Shown here: piece after piece, positions 36,275 to 45,722 of the stretch | How the letters are laid out: the number at the start of each line of letters is the position of its first letter | Numbering within the stretch: position 1 is the first letter of the stretch | Assembly: GCA_902770735.1 (NCBI GenBank) | Contig: CACXUB010000001.1 | Span: forward strand, 4,687 to 68,686 | Direction of reading: 5' to 3' | Origin: an uncultured Bacteroidota bacterium | Lineage (GTDB): Bacteria > Bacteroidota > Bacteroidia > Bacteroidales > WCHB1-69 | Length of the DNA stretch: 64,000 nt | The notes under the pieces: generated by a model | The model's input: only the letters and a program-made list of their open reading frames with translations | What the model was told of the DNA's origin: nothing | Databases searched by the model: none | Made by a program: the position numbers and the translations under genes

Positions 36275-37507
36275 TTAATTTAGGGCAATGACTGCGGCCT
36301 TGATGCGCTTGCAGGCTTCCACGAGGTTGGCCTCGGAGGTGGCGTAGGAGAGGCGGATGCAGTCGTCGTCGCCGAAAGCGGTGCCTTGCACGGTGGAAAC
36401 GCTGCCGTCGAGCAGGAAGTAGAAGGCGAGGTCGGTGGAGTTTTCAATGACCGTCTTGTTGTACTGGGCGGCGAATTTGGAGTCGGCGGGGACGTGTTTG
36501 CCGAACAGGCTGCTCACTTTCGGGAAGAAGTAGAAGGCGCCCTGCGGCAGGCTCACTTCGAAGCCGGGGATTTCCTTCAGCAGGCCATAGACCAGGTCGC
36601 GGCGTTTCAGGAAGGTGTCGCGCATGTTGAGGATGTCCTCGGAAGTTTTCGGATCCATCTCCATGGCACGCAGTGCGGCGCGTTGCGAGATGGAACCCGT
36701 GGCGGACGTGATCTGTCCCTGCAGCTTGTTGCAGGCTTTGGCGACGTCCACGGGAGCGCCGATGAAACCGATACGCCAGCCGGTCATGGCGAAACCTTTC
36801 GCGACGCCGTTCACCGTAACCACTTGATCCTTAATGAAATCGAACTGCGCGATGCTTTCGTGACCGCCCACGAAGTTGATGTGCTCGTAAATCTCGTCCG
36901 ACAGAATCATCATCTGCGGGTGTTTGGCGACGATCTCGGCGATGGCGCGGAGTTCGTCCTTCGAATAGATCATGCCGGTAGGGTTCGACGGGCTACTGAA
37001 CATCATCAGTTTGGTTTTCGGCGTGATGGCCGCTTCCAGCTGCTCGGGCGTGATTTTGAAGTTGTTCTCGATTTTGCAGGGGACGTATTTGATGTCGGCC
37101 TCCGCCATTTGCGCGATGGCGCGGTAGGAAACCCAGTAAGGCGTGGGGATAATCACCTCGTCGCCGGGGTTTACCAAAGCCATAACAGCCTGATAGATGG
37201 ATTGTTTGCCGCCAGTGGAAACCACAATCTGCTGCGGCGTGTAATCCAACCCGTTGTCTCTCTTGAACTTATTGCTGATGGCTTTCAACAAATCAGCATA
37301 ACCGGGCACCGGCGGATAATGGGTGAAGTTGTCGTCAATAGCCTGCTTGGCATATTCCTTCACTGTCTCGGGCGTGTTGAAATCGGGTTCGCCGATACTC
37401 AAACTGATGACATCCTGACCTTTTTCCTTTAATTCGCGAGCCAATGCGGTCATGGCTAACGTTTCCGATGCGGGCATTCCCAGCACTCTCTTTGAAATTC
37501 TCTCCAT
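36275..37507 (-). CDS. Aspartate/aromatic-type PLP-dependent aminotransferase (class I)
   Basis: ORF trimmed to MERISKRVLGMPASETLAMTA...SLSIGEPDFNTP (410 aa). A TATCTTTG box lies upstream. Confidence 0.88.
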   Translation of the reverse strand: MERISKRVLGMPASETLAMTALARELKEKGQDVISLSIGEPDFNTPETVKEYAKQAIDDNFTHYPPVPGYADLLKAISNKFKRDNGLDYTPQQIVVSTGGKQSIYQAVMALVNPGDEVIIPTPYWVSYRAIAQMAEADIKYVPCKIENNFKITPEQLEAAITPKTKLMMFSSPSNPTGMIYSKDELRAIAEIVAKHPQMMILSDEIYEHINFVGGHESIAQFDFIKDQVVTVNGVAKGFAMTGWRIGFIGAPVDVAKACNKLQGQITSATGSISQRAALRAMEMDPKTSEDILNMRDTFLKRRDLVYGLLKEIPGFEVSLPQGAFYFFPKVSSLFGKHVPADSKFAAQYNKTVIENSTDLAFYFLLDGSVSTVQGTAFGDDDCIRLSYATSEANLVEACKRIKAAVIALN

Positions 37508-37625
37508 ATTTTTTTGATTTGAAATATCTTGATAATTTAAGGCGGCAAAGATACGGAAATTTCGAATACAGACAGACAGGTTTTTTCCCCTCGAAACGTG
37601 CCTTTTTATCACATTTCCACTTTTT

Positions 37626-37641
37626 TGGCAAATTTTTTGCT
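37626..37641 (+). promoter_or_regulatory. Sigma-54-like -24/-12 element (TGGCAAATTTTTTGCT) upstream of grpE
   Basis: Exact GG-N10-GC spacing of TGGCAC-N5-TTGCW, 80 nt upstream of ATG 37721. No clean TAnnTTTG box is seen for grpE. Confidence 0.3.
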
Positions 37642-37720
37642 GTAAGAATACCGCGGGCTGAATACAGCATTCGGTTCCGCTGTTTAATTGTGTGTGTAAA
37701 TAATTGAAAATAAGTATAAT

Positions 37721-38350
37721 ATGGAAGAAAAGAACGAAGAACAAGTTCAGGAAGAACAAGTGCAGAATCCTGAAGTGAATGAGGAAAAGCAAGAAAATAC
37801 TGACAATTTGTCGGAAAAAGAAGAAGATACTGACAAAAGTAAAAAAAGTATTTTTTCAAGAAAACGTGACAAGGGCAAGGAAAAGATTCAGGAGTTGGAA
37901 GCGGAAATCGAACGGATGAAAGCTGAGAAAGCCGAACTGAACGACCGTTTTCTGCGCCTTTTCTCCGAGTTCGATAACTATAAGAAACGTGTCAGCAAGG
38001 AGAAGCTGGACCTGATTGCCACCGCTTCCGAAAAGGTGTTGGTAAGCCTGCTGCCTGTCATCGACGATTTCGAGCGTGCCATCGCCGCCAACGAAAAAGC
38101 CGAGAACATTGATTCCATCAAAGAGGGCTTTACTCTGATTTACAATAAGTTGATACAGATGATGAAACGCTTTGACGTGGAAGAGATTCAGGCCAAGGGC
38201 GAGGAGTTCAACACCGATTTCCACGAGGCCGTCACCCATTTCCCGGCCCAGAAAGAGGAGGACAAAGGCAAGGTCATCGATGTGACCGAGAAGGGCTATA
38301 AATTGAAAGACAAAGTGATACGCTACGCCAAAGTGGTGGTGGGGCAGTAG
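37721..38350 (+). CDS. grpE: Nucleotide exchange factor GrpE
   Basis: 209 aa. Acidic N-terminus, coiled coil ...RLFSEFDNYKKR..., GrpE C-terminal domain. Confidence 0.9.
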   Translation: MEEKNEEQVQEEQVQNPEVNEEKQENTDNLSEKEEDTDKSKKSIFSRKRDKGKEKIQELEAEIERMKAEKAELNDRFLRLFSEFDNYKKRVSKEKLDLIATASEKVLVSLLPVIDDFERAIAANEKAENIDSIKEGFTLIYNKLIQMMKRFDVEEIQAKGEEFNTDFHEAVTHFPAQKEEDKGKVIDVTEKGYKLKDKVIRYAKVVVGQ

Positions 38351-38388
38351 TTTTTGGCTTAAAGCCAAAGTAAAATAATAAGATAAGT

Positions 38389-39564
38389 ATGGAAAAAAGA
38401 GACTATTACGAGGTGCTCGGGGTTTCGAAAGAAGCCTCAGCCGACGAGATAAAGAAGGCATACCGCAAGAAGGCTATGCAGTACCACCCTGACCGCAATC
38501 CTGGCGACAAAGAGGCTGAGGAGAAATTCAAGGAGGCTGCCGAGGCTTACGATGTGCTCAGCAACCCTGACAAGAAGGCCCGTTACGACAAGTTCGGTCA
38601 CGCCGGCATGGGCGGTGAAGCTAGCGACTTCTCCGGCATGAACTTCAGCGATATTTTCAGCCATTTTGCAGATGTGTTCGGTGGTGGTTTTAGCGGAGGC
38701 TTTGGCGGCGGTTTTAGTGGATTCAGCGGATTCGGCGGCTTTGGCGGCGGCGGTGGACAGCAGCGGCGCGTGCGTCGGGGCGGCGACATCCGCATCAAGG
38801 TGAAACTGACCTTGGAGGAGGTGGCCGCGCCTGTGGAGAAAAAAGTCAAAATCACCAAGCAGGTGGTCTGCCCGCATTGCCACGGCACCGGAGCCAAGGA
38901 CGACAAAAGCATCACGACCTGTCCCGACTGTCACGGCAGCGGCCAGGTGGTGCGCCAGCAGCGCAGCATGTTCGGCATCATCCAGCAAGCCAGCGTCTGC
39001 CCGAAATGCGGCGGCACGGGCGAGATCATCAAGGATCCTTGTCCGCACTGCCACGGCAACGGCACGGTGTCCGGCGAAGAGATCATCACCATCAACATCC
39101 CGGCAGGTGTCGATAACGGCATGCAGATGACATTGTCGCAAAAGGGACACGCGGCGCAACGCGGCGGAATCAACGGCGACTTGTTCGTCGTCTTCGAAAT
39201 CACCGACCACGAGATCTTCGAGCGCGACGGCAACAACCTGTACCTCAACTACTACGTCAGCATTCCGCAGGCGGCTCTCGGCGCGTCGGTGGAAATCCCC
39301 ACCCTTGCCGGCAAGGCGAAAATCAAGATTGCCGCGGGCACCCAGAGCGGACAGATTCTGCGACTGCAAGGCAAGGGTCTTCCGCAGGTCAACTCGCGCA
39401 TTGTCGGCGACCTCATCGTCAACGTCAACGTGTGGACCCCGAAATCGCTGACCCGCGAGGAAAAAGCAATGCTGGAACAGCTGAGCACTCACGAGAATTT
39501 CGTGCCGAAGCCCGGTAAGAGCGAAAAAAGCTTTTTCAAAAAGGTGCGTCAGATTTTTAGCTGA
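38389..39564 (+). CDS. dnaJ: Molecular chaperone DnaJ
   Basis: J-domain with HPD (YHPDRNPGD), G/F-rich region, four CxxCxG zinc-finger repeats. Confidence 0.93.
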   Translation: MEKRDYYEVLGVSKEASADEIKKAYRKKAMQYHPDRNPGDKEAEEKFKEAAEAYDVLSNPDKKARYDKFGHAGMGGEASDFSGMNFSDIFSHFADVFGGGFSGGFGGGFSGFSGFGGFGGGGGQQRRVRRGGDIRIKVKLTLEEVAAPVEKKVKITKQVVCPHCHGTGAKDDKSITTCPDCHGSGQVVRQQRSMFGIIQQASVCPKCGGTGEIIKDPCPHCHGNGTVSGEEIITINIPAGVDNGMQMTLSQKGHAAQRGGINGDLFVVFEITDHEIFERDGNNLYLNYYVSIPQAALGASVEIPTLAGKAKIKIAAGTQSGQILRLQGKGLPQVNSRIVGDLIVNVNVWTPKSLTREEKAMLEQLSTHENFVPKPGKSEKSFFKKVRQIFS

Positions 39565-39606
39565 GACGAGGATATCGGTTTTAAAGTGTAGGAGATTATT
39601 TCAAAA

Positions 39607-40497
39607 ATGAAGTTTTTAAGGTTTTTCTTTGTCATGATATTGGGGGCAGTGCTGTTTTTCACGGCCTGCAACTCCCCGAAATCCAATTCCAAGGAGGCGT
39701 TTTTCACGTGGGAGGACTCCTACCATCGGCACGTGCAGCTGGACACTGCCCCGCAGCGCATCGTCTCCATCTCACCTGCCATCACCGAGGTGATGTTCCT
39801 TGTAGGGGCGCAGGACAAGCTGGTCGGCGTGTCCGATTTCTGCAACTATCCACCTGAGACAGAGAAAATTACGAAAATCGGAGGGATGCACAACATCAAC
39901 TTCGAGCAGCTGTTGTCGCTGCACCCCGACGTGGTGCTCATCGGTTCCATGATTTCGCAGAAGGATGTCGATGCCATCGAGAAGATGGGCATCCCGGTGA
40001 TCTGCATTGTCGAGGAGTCGTCGCTGGAGGGCATGGCCGAGATGATGGAGGTGGTCGGAAAGATCACGCAGTGCGAGGGGAAGGGGAACGCGGAGGCGGC
40101 GAAGTGGCGGGAGCGAATTGCGGAACTGCGCGGCAACGCGCCCAATCCCGCCGACCGGAAATGTGTCTATTACGTGGTCGGCTTCGGTGACGGCGGCGAC
40201 TTTACCGCTCCGAAAAACACTCATATTCAAGAAATTATTGAGCTCGCCGGGGGACGCAACGCCGGTGACTCGCTCACGGGCTGGAACATCAGCCGCGAAT
40301 ACCTCTTCAAGGTGAACCCCGACATTATCGTGGTGCGCCGGGAGGACAGGGACGCTTTTGTGTCGCGGCACCCCTACACCCAGCTCGACGCCGTGAAAAA
40401 CGGCAAGGTCTATCCCATTGAAAGCGGCTGGATCGATGTCGTCTCCCTGCGTAACATGCAGGCGGTGGACTATATCCGCGAGATTTGCGAAAAATAG
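39607..40497 (+). CDS. Periplasmic-binding-protein type 2 ABC substrate-binding lipoprotein (BtuF/siderophore-binding-like)
   Basis: Lipobox FFTAC. PQRIVSISPAITEVMFLVGAQDKLVGVSDFCNYP. No cognate permease or ATPase is adjacent. Confidence 0.75.
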   Translation: MKFLRFFFVMILGAVLFFTACNSPKSNSKEAFFTWEDSYHRHVQLDTAPQRIVSISPAITEVMFLVGAQDKLVGVSDFCNYPPETEKITKIGGMHNINFEQLLSLHPDVVLIGSMISQKDVDAIEKMGIPVICIVEESSLEGMAEMMEVVGKITQCEGKGNAEAAKWRERIAELRGNAPNPADRKCVYYVVGFGDGGDFTAPKNTHIQEIIELAGGRNAGDSLTGWNISREYLFKVNPDIIVVRREDRDAFVSRHPYTQLDAVKNGKVYPIESGWIDVVSLRNMQAVDYIREICEK

Positions 40498-40583
40498 CCC
40501 TGACGATCTCTGTTCACAAAACACTATCTACCAATCGCAAAAAATCGTATTTTTGCAGGTTTTTTCAAATAGGGATAATTTCA

Positions 40584-41819
40584 ATGGCAAGACATTTCAA
40601 CAAAGACAATTCTGAGGAGGATTTCACTCCGAGGCGTGCGCCGCGGAAGCCTTCTTTCAACGATAAAAAACGCCCCGGTGCGGGAGGAAAACCGCGTCGG
40701 GAACGCTTCGGCAATGAGGATTCCGAAGACGGCGAACGGAAGTTCACCAAAAAACGCTATCCGCGTGACAACGGCGGGGAACGAAAGTTCGGGCGCGACC
40801 GGAAATTCGGACGTGACCGGAAATTCGACCGCGATCGCGGCTTCGACCGCGAAGACGGGCAGGATCGCGACTTCAAACGTGACCGCCAGAAAGGTCGCGA
40901 CCGTTCCTTCAAGCGCGGATTCCGCAAGGACAACGACGATTCCAAGCCGCGCCGCCGCAATGTGGTCGCTGAATCTGAGATTTTGTCCGAAATCATCGAG
41001 CGTCGCAGGAGCGAAGGCCGTTCCCTTCCGAGAAAGCAGCGCGTGCTTTCGCTGGAATTCGAGGAGAAGCATGGTCCTGTCCGGCTCAACAAATACATCG
41101 CCAATGCCGGCATCTGCTCGCGCCGCGAGGCCGACGTGCTCATTGCCACCGGCGCCATCACCGTCAACGGGGAAGTGGTCACCGAGATGGGCCACAAGGT
41201 GATGCCCACCGATGAGGTGCGCTACGGCGACAAAGTGCTGCAAAAGGAGAAACCTGTTTACGTGCTGCTCAACAAGCCGAAAGACTACATCACCACCACC
41301 GATGACGAGCGCGGACGCGCCAACGTGATGGAGCTCGTGCGCGACGCTTGCGAAGAACGCATCTATCCCGTCGGCCGCCTCGACCGCGACACCACGGGTC
41401 TGCTGCTCTTCACCAACGACGGCGACCTCACCAAAAAACTCACTCACCCGAGTTCCGAAGTCGAGAAAACCTACGACGTGGAACTCGACAAGCCCTTCGC
41501 CTCCGTCGATATGGACATGCTGCGCAAAGGTGTGGAACTCCACGACGGCAAAATCACCCCCGATGAGGTGGAATATGTCGGTGAAGGCAAAAAAGAGGTT
41601 GGCATCACCATCCATTCCGGCAAGAACCGCATTGTTCGCCGTATTTTCGAATCTCTTGGTTATGAGGTGGTTAAGCTCGACCGCGTGATCTTCGCCGGTC
41701 TGACGAAAAAAGACCTGCAGCGCGGCCGCTGGCGTTTCCTCACCAAAAACGAGGTCAGTTTCCTGAAAATGCTGGCCAAACCCAAGGAAAATTCTGAATC
41801 CGAAGAAAAAATCCGCTGA
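40584..41819 (+). CDS. rluB: rRNA pseudouridine synthase (RsuA/RluB family) with ~165-aa R/D/K-rich N-terminal extension
   Basis: ORF trimmed to MARHFNKD (TATTTTTG box upstream). S4 domain RLNKYIANAGICSRREAD. Catalytic PVGRLDRDTTGLLL. Confidence 0.82.
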   Translation: MARHFNKDNSEEDFTPRRAPRKPSFNDKKRPGAGGKPRRERFGNEDSEDGERKFTKKRYPRDNGGERKFGRDRKFGRDRKFDRDRGFDREDGQDRDFKRDRQKGRDRSFKRGFRKDNDDSKPRRRNVVAESEILSEIIERRRSEGRSLPRKQRVLSLEFEEKHGPVRLNKYIANAGICSRREADVLIATGAITVNGEVVTEMGHKVMPTDEVRYGDKVLQKEKPVYVLLNKPKDYITTTDDERGRANVMELVRDACEERIYPVGRLDRDTTGLLLFTNDGDLTKKLTHPSSEVEKTYDVELDKPFASVDMDMLRKGVELHDGKITPDEVEYVGEGKKEVGITIHSGKNRIVRRIFESLGYEVVKLDRVIFAGLTKKDLQRGRWRFLTKNEVSFLKMLAKPKENSESEEKIR

Positions 41820-43063
41820 TGACCCCCGTTGAGATTATGTCTCCGGTCGGCTCTTACGAGTCGCTTTCCGCCGCCATCGCTGCCGGTGCCGGCTCCGTCT
41901 ATTTTGGGGTGGGCGCGATGAACATGCGCTCCCGCTCCGCCGCCAACTTCTCTCTTGACGACCTCGCCAACATCGTCAGCATTTGCCAAGAGCATCACGT
42001 GAACAGCTATCTCACCGTCAACACTATCATCTATAACGACGAAATCGGTAGGATGCACGAACTGTTGGACGCGGCCAAAGCGTGCGGGGCCACCGCCATC
42101 ATCGCCTCCGATATGGCCGTCATCCAATATGCCCGCGAGATCGGCATCGAAATCCACCTTTCCACGCAGTGCAACGTCACTAATGTGGAAGCGGTGCGCT
42201 ACTATTCGCAGTTCGCCGATGTAGTGGTGTTGGGTCGTGAATGCACGCTGCAACAAATCGCGAATATCTGTCAAGAAATTGAAAAACAGCATATTACCGG
42301 CCCTCGGGGCGAACTTTTGAAAATCGAGATTTTCATCCACGGAGCCCTCTGCATGGCAGTTTCCGGTCAATGCTACCTCAGTCTCGACAACTACAACTCG
42401 CCCGCCAACCGCGGCGCGTGCCTGCAACCCTGTCGCCGCGCCTACGAGGTGCGCGACATCGAGGACGGGCTTGAATTGAAGGTCGAGAATCCCTACATCT
42501 TCTCTCCCAAGGACTTATGCACCATCGGTTACCTCGACAAGATTGTGCGTGCTGGGGTTTCCATCCTGAAAATCGAAGGTCGCGGTCGCTCCGCCGAGTA
42601 CGTCAAGATGGTTACGGAATGCTATCACGAGGCTTTGGAATCAATTGAGAACCAAACTTTTAGCGTTGAAAAAATCGACGGCTGGATGGTTCGGTTGCGC
42701 AGTGTCTATAATCGTGATTTTTGGGGTGGCTACTACCTCGGCCGTACCGCAGGCGAGTGGGCTGACAAATACGGTTCGCAAGCCACGCGCATGAAACGGC
42801 GCATTGGCAAGATCACCAACTATTTCGGCAAACTCGGCGTGGCGGAGATCTGCATGGAGGAAGACACCTTGTCCGTTGGCGACGATTTGCTGATTATCGG
42901 CCCCACCACGGGGGTGTATGAGGACTCCGTGCAGGAAATCCGCGTGGAGGACCAATCCGTGGAAACCGTGTCGAAGGGCGTGTATTGTTCCGTGAAAGTC
43001 AAGGAGTTAGTGCGCCGCGGCGACCAAGTGTATCGTTGGATTTGGGTGAAGGACGAGTTTTGA
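41819..43063 (+). CDS. Peptidase U32 family protein
   Basis: MTPVEIMSPVGSYESLSAAIAAGAGSVYFG... Its ATG overlaps the preceding TGA. Confidence 0.85.
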   Translation: MTPVEIMSPVGSYESLSAAIAAGAGSVYFGVGAMNMRSRSAANFSLDDLANIVSICQEHHVNSYLTVNTIIYNDEIGRMHELLDAAKACGATAIIASDMAVIQYAREIGIEIHLSTQCNVTNVEAVRYYSQFADVVVLGRECTLQQIANICQEIEKQHITGPRGELLKIEIFIHGALCMAVSGQCYLSLDNYNSPANRGACLQPCRRAYEVRDIEDGLELKVENPYIFSPKDLCTIGYLDKIVRAGVSILKIEGRGRSAEYVKMVTECYHEALESIENQTFSVEKIDGWMVRLRSVYNRDFWGGYYLGRTAGEWADKYGSQATRMKRRIGKITNYFGKLGVAEICMEEDTLSVGDDLLIIGPTTGVYEDSVQEIRVEDQSVETVSKGVYCSVKVKELVRRGDQVYRWIWVKDEF

Positions 43064-43119
43064 GGGTAGATTCCCATTCATTCCAATAATTTTGTACCTT
43101 TGCAGAAAATTTTGAAACA

Positions 43120-43548
43120 ATGAAAAAAATATTCGTCATTATTGCCACATTAGCTCTTGTTTTCATGTCCTGCGACAGCGGCGACATCATCGGCGGCCGC
43201 TATTTCGGCACTTTCCACAACACCAACAACAACATGCTGGAGGCCGGCGGCTTGAGCTTCACATACAACAACAACGGCGACGGGGTTTATTTCCAGATGA
43301 ACGACCTCATGTCCATGATGCAGGCCGGCAAGTGCCAGTTTACCGGTGTCGCGGAGGGTGCGTTGCTCAACGACCTCCTGAAGACCATGCCCGCCATTGA
43401 CAGCATCCAGGTCTGCGACTCCACGGAAGCCATCACAAACATGGCTGTCGAAGCTGAATTCAAAGGCAACTCCGTGAAAACCAAACTCGTCTTCACCACC
43501 AACACCGACAAAACGGTGAATGTGGACTTTATCGGATGTTACGAATAA
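43120..43548 (+). CDS. Hypothetical lipoprotein
   Basis: MKKIFVIIATLALVFMSCDSG lipobox. No recognisable family. Confidence 0.6.
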   Translation: MKKIFVIIATLALVFMSCDSGDIIGGRYFGTFHNTNNNMLEAGGLSFTYNNNGDGVYFQMNDLMSMMQAGKCQFTGVAEGALLNDLLKTMPAIDSIQVCDSTEAITNMAVEAEFKGNSVKTKLVFTTNTDKTVNVDFIGCYE

Positions 43549-43580
43549 ATCCTTCTATTGAAACGTAGCATGCCGCGTTT

Positions 43581-44456
43581 CTACTTGGCAGGTTCCTCTT
43601 TGTAGGGGCATTCAAGATAATTCGGTTTCACAAACGAATATATCAAAAGGCTTAATCCCATGATTATCAGCGGGATGCTGAGCCATTGACCGTTGTTGAG
43701 CACGTGTCCGATTTCTCCTGCCACCTGCACTTCTTTGAAAAATTCGATGATGAATCGCGCGGTGAAGATCACGGTCAGGGTGATGCCGGAGGTGCGACCG
43801 GCGGCCACTTTCCCTTTCGCGAATTTGAAATAGTAGATGCACATCCCTATGAAAACCAGCAGATAGACAATGGATTCGTAAAGTTGTGCGGGATGGCGGA
43901 ATGTGCCGGCCACACCGAAACCGCCATAGAGGAAGTCAAAGGCCCACGGCACATCGGTGATGCGGCCCACAATCTCGTGGTTCATCAGGTTTCCGATGCG
44001 TACAAATGCCGCCGCCGCCGGCACTGCAATGCCCAAGCGGTCGAGAATCCAAAGGAAGTTGATTTTATGCCGCCAGCAATAATAAATAAGGAACCCGAAG
44101 ATGCCGATAACTCCGCCATGACTTGCAAGTCCTTGATAACCAATGAATTTCCAGTTTTCGTCAATGGGAAGAAGAATTTGCAGGGGCGCCTTGATGAACA
44201 TTTCCGGTTCATAGAAGAGGAAATGCCCCAATCGCAAGCCTATGATAGTCCATACGATAGTCCAGATGGAGATTTTGTCGAGCAATTTTTGCGAAAGATG
44301 TTCCGTTTTGAAAATCCGCTGCAACGTGTAATAAGCCAGCAAAAAACCTAAAGCCAGTAAGATGCCATACCAACGGACTTCCATGGAGCCAAGACGGAAA
44401 GCCACCGGATTAACCTTCCATGTCACCGTTGCCAAAGTGTTGAAAAACATATTCAT
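43581..44456 (-). CDS. lgt: Prolipoprotein diacylglyceryl transferase
   Basis: VRWYGILLALGFLLAY, GLASHGGVIG, FRHPAQLYES. Confidence 0.9.
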   Translation of the reverse strand: MNMFFNTLATVTWKVNPVAFRLGSMEVRWYGILLALGFLLAYYTLQRIFKTEHLSQKLLDKISIWTIVWTIIGLRLGHFLFYEPEMFIKAPLQILLPIDENWKFIGYQGLASHGGVIGIFGFLIYYCWRHKINFLWILDRLGIAVPAAAAFVRIGNLMNHEIVGRITDVPWAFDFLYGGFGVAGTFRHPAQLYESIVYLLVFIGMCIYYFKFAKGKVAAGRTSGITLTVIFTARFIIEFFKEVQVAGEIGHVLNNGQWLSIPLIIMGLSLLIYSFVKPNYLECPYKEEPAK

Positions 44457-44582
44457 ATCCTTGTTTTTTTAAGCGGCGCAAAAGTACGTTTTTTTAGAGT
44501 ATCTTCGCTTTAAATGAACAATGTATTAGAATAAAATGTACTTTTGCCTTCAGAAAAAATTAAACCTTTAAAATTTATCGTT

Positions 44583-45080
44583 ATGGATCTAAACAGCATT
44601 ATCAGCTCGCTTACCGGTAACAATATGATCGGTGAAATTGCAAAAAAATTCAACATTGACCCGACCAAGATTGTCAATGTGATCAAGGCCGCCATCCCTA
44701 AGATTCTGGCTGCCATGCAGAAGAATGTGGGCACTTCAGCGGGGGCCGCTTCTCTGGCTCAAGCTTTGAGCAACCACGCTGGACAAGGTTTCAGCATTAA
44801 TATCGAGGATGGTTTGAAGATTCTGCAAAAGATCTTCGGCGGCAATTTGGGATCCGTTATTTCCGGATTGAGCGGCCAGACCAACACCCCGAACGATCAG
44901 GTTTCCAACATCTTGGCTTCTGTCGCCCCGAACCTGCTCTCCATGTTGGGCAAGCAGAATGCCGGCGGCAATGTCGTCAATCTGTTGGGCTCCATCCTTG
45001 GCGGCGGCGGCAATACCGGCAATGGCAACACTGCAGGCAAGGTGCTCGGCGGCCTGTTGGGAAAGATATTCAAAAAGTAA
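44583..45080 (+). CDS. DUF937-like protein
   Basis: ORF trimmed to MDLNSIISSLTG. The Gly-rich tail LGSILGGGGNTGNG...VLGGLLGKIF is typical of DUF937. Confidence 0.55.
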   Translation: MDLNSIISSLTGNNMIGEIAKKFNIDPTKIVNVIKAAIPKILAAMQKNVGTSAGAASLAQALSNHAGQGFSINIEDGLKILQKIFGGNLGSVISGLSGQTNTPNDQVSNILASVAPNLLSMLGKQNAGGNVVNLLGSILGGGGNTGNGNTAGKVLGGLLGKIFKK

Positions 45081-45110
45081 TTCGGTAAAAACCAGATTTC
45101 CGAAACGAAA

Positions 45111-45146
45111 AAGCCTGCCATTAGATGAAAAGTGGCAGGCTTTTTT
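45111..45146 (+). terminator. Intrinsic terminator
   Basis: aagcctgcca ... tggcaggctt followed by tttt. Confidence 0.8.
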
Positions 45147-45172
45147 AATGTAATAAACTGTATCCGTGATAT

Positions 45173-45718
45173 TTATAGTCCATCGGAAGGGAATTTCTGA
45201 ACGCATAGTTCTTTGATTCGCTCTATGATGGATTCCCGCTGTCTTGGACTCAAATGGTAGCCAAAACGGACTTTTCTTGTTTTCCCTTTTTCCGTTTTGT
45301 AGTGAAGACAAATGGTTGGATCATGCGTGGGCAGCCCGAAATACAGGATAGGTTCGTCGTAGGGTTCAATATGGGAAATGCTGCTCCAAGGAATCACCAC
45401 ATCTCGACGGAATGACTGTTTTTGTTGAATGTAAAGCACTGTGTCAGAGTAATATACGATCTCAATCCCTAAAAATCCCCAGTAGATTTCGATGAGCAAC
45501 ACGATGAAAAACCAAAAAATCGGAGTGAAAAGCACCAAAATAGGCAGGAGGTCGTTAATTGTGAAGTAGTTGTCCTCCAGCATAAACAGGATGAAGGGAA
45601 GGCCAAAAATGGCCAAAATGCCAAGAGCAACGCAATGCCCTAAAGCGGTGCCTGCATCGGGTTTGTTTTGGAGCAGTATCGTGCCGTTTATGGTTGTCTT
45701 TTTGAATAACATACACAA
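45173..45718 (-). CDS. Hypothetical membrane protein (2-3 TM plus a soluble C-terminal domain)
   Basis: 181-aa ORF only 4 nt downstream of the T9SS cargo gene. No family recognised. The start could be M3. Confidence 0.5.
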   Translation of the reverse strand: MCMLFKKTTINGTILLQNKPDAGTALGHCVALGILAIFGLPFILFMLEDNYFTINDLLPILVLFTPIFWFFIVLLIEIYWGFLGIEIVYYSDTVLYIQQKQSFRRDVVIPWSSISHIEPYDEPILYFGLPTHDPTICLHYKTEKGKTRKVRFGYHLSPRQRESIIERIKELCVQKFPSDGL

Positions 45719-45722
45719 TAAC

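Noticed and set aside
37508-37720. Looked for a CIRCE/HrcA operator (TTAGCACTC-N9-GAGTGCTAA) upstream of grpE-dnaJ.
   Set aside because: No such inverted repeat is present. Only the sigma-54-like element was seen.
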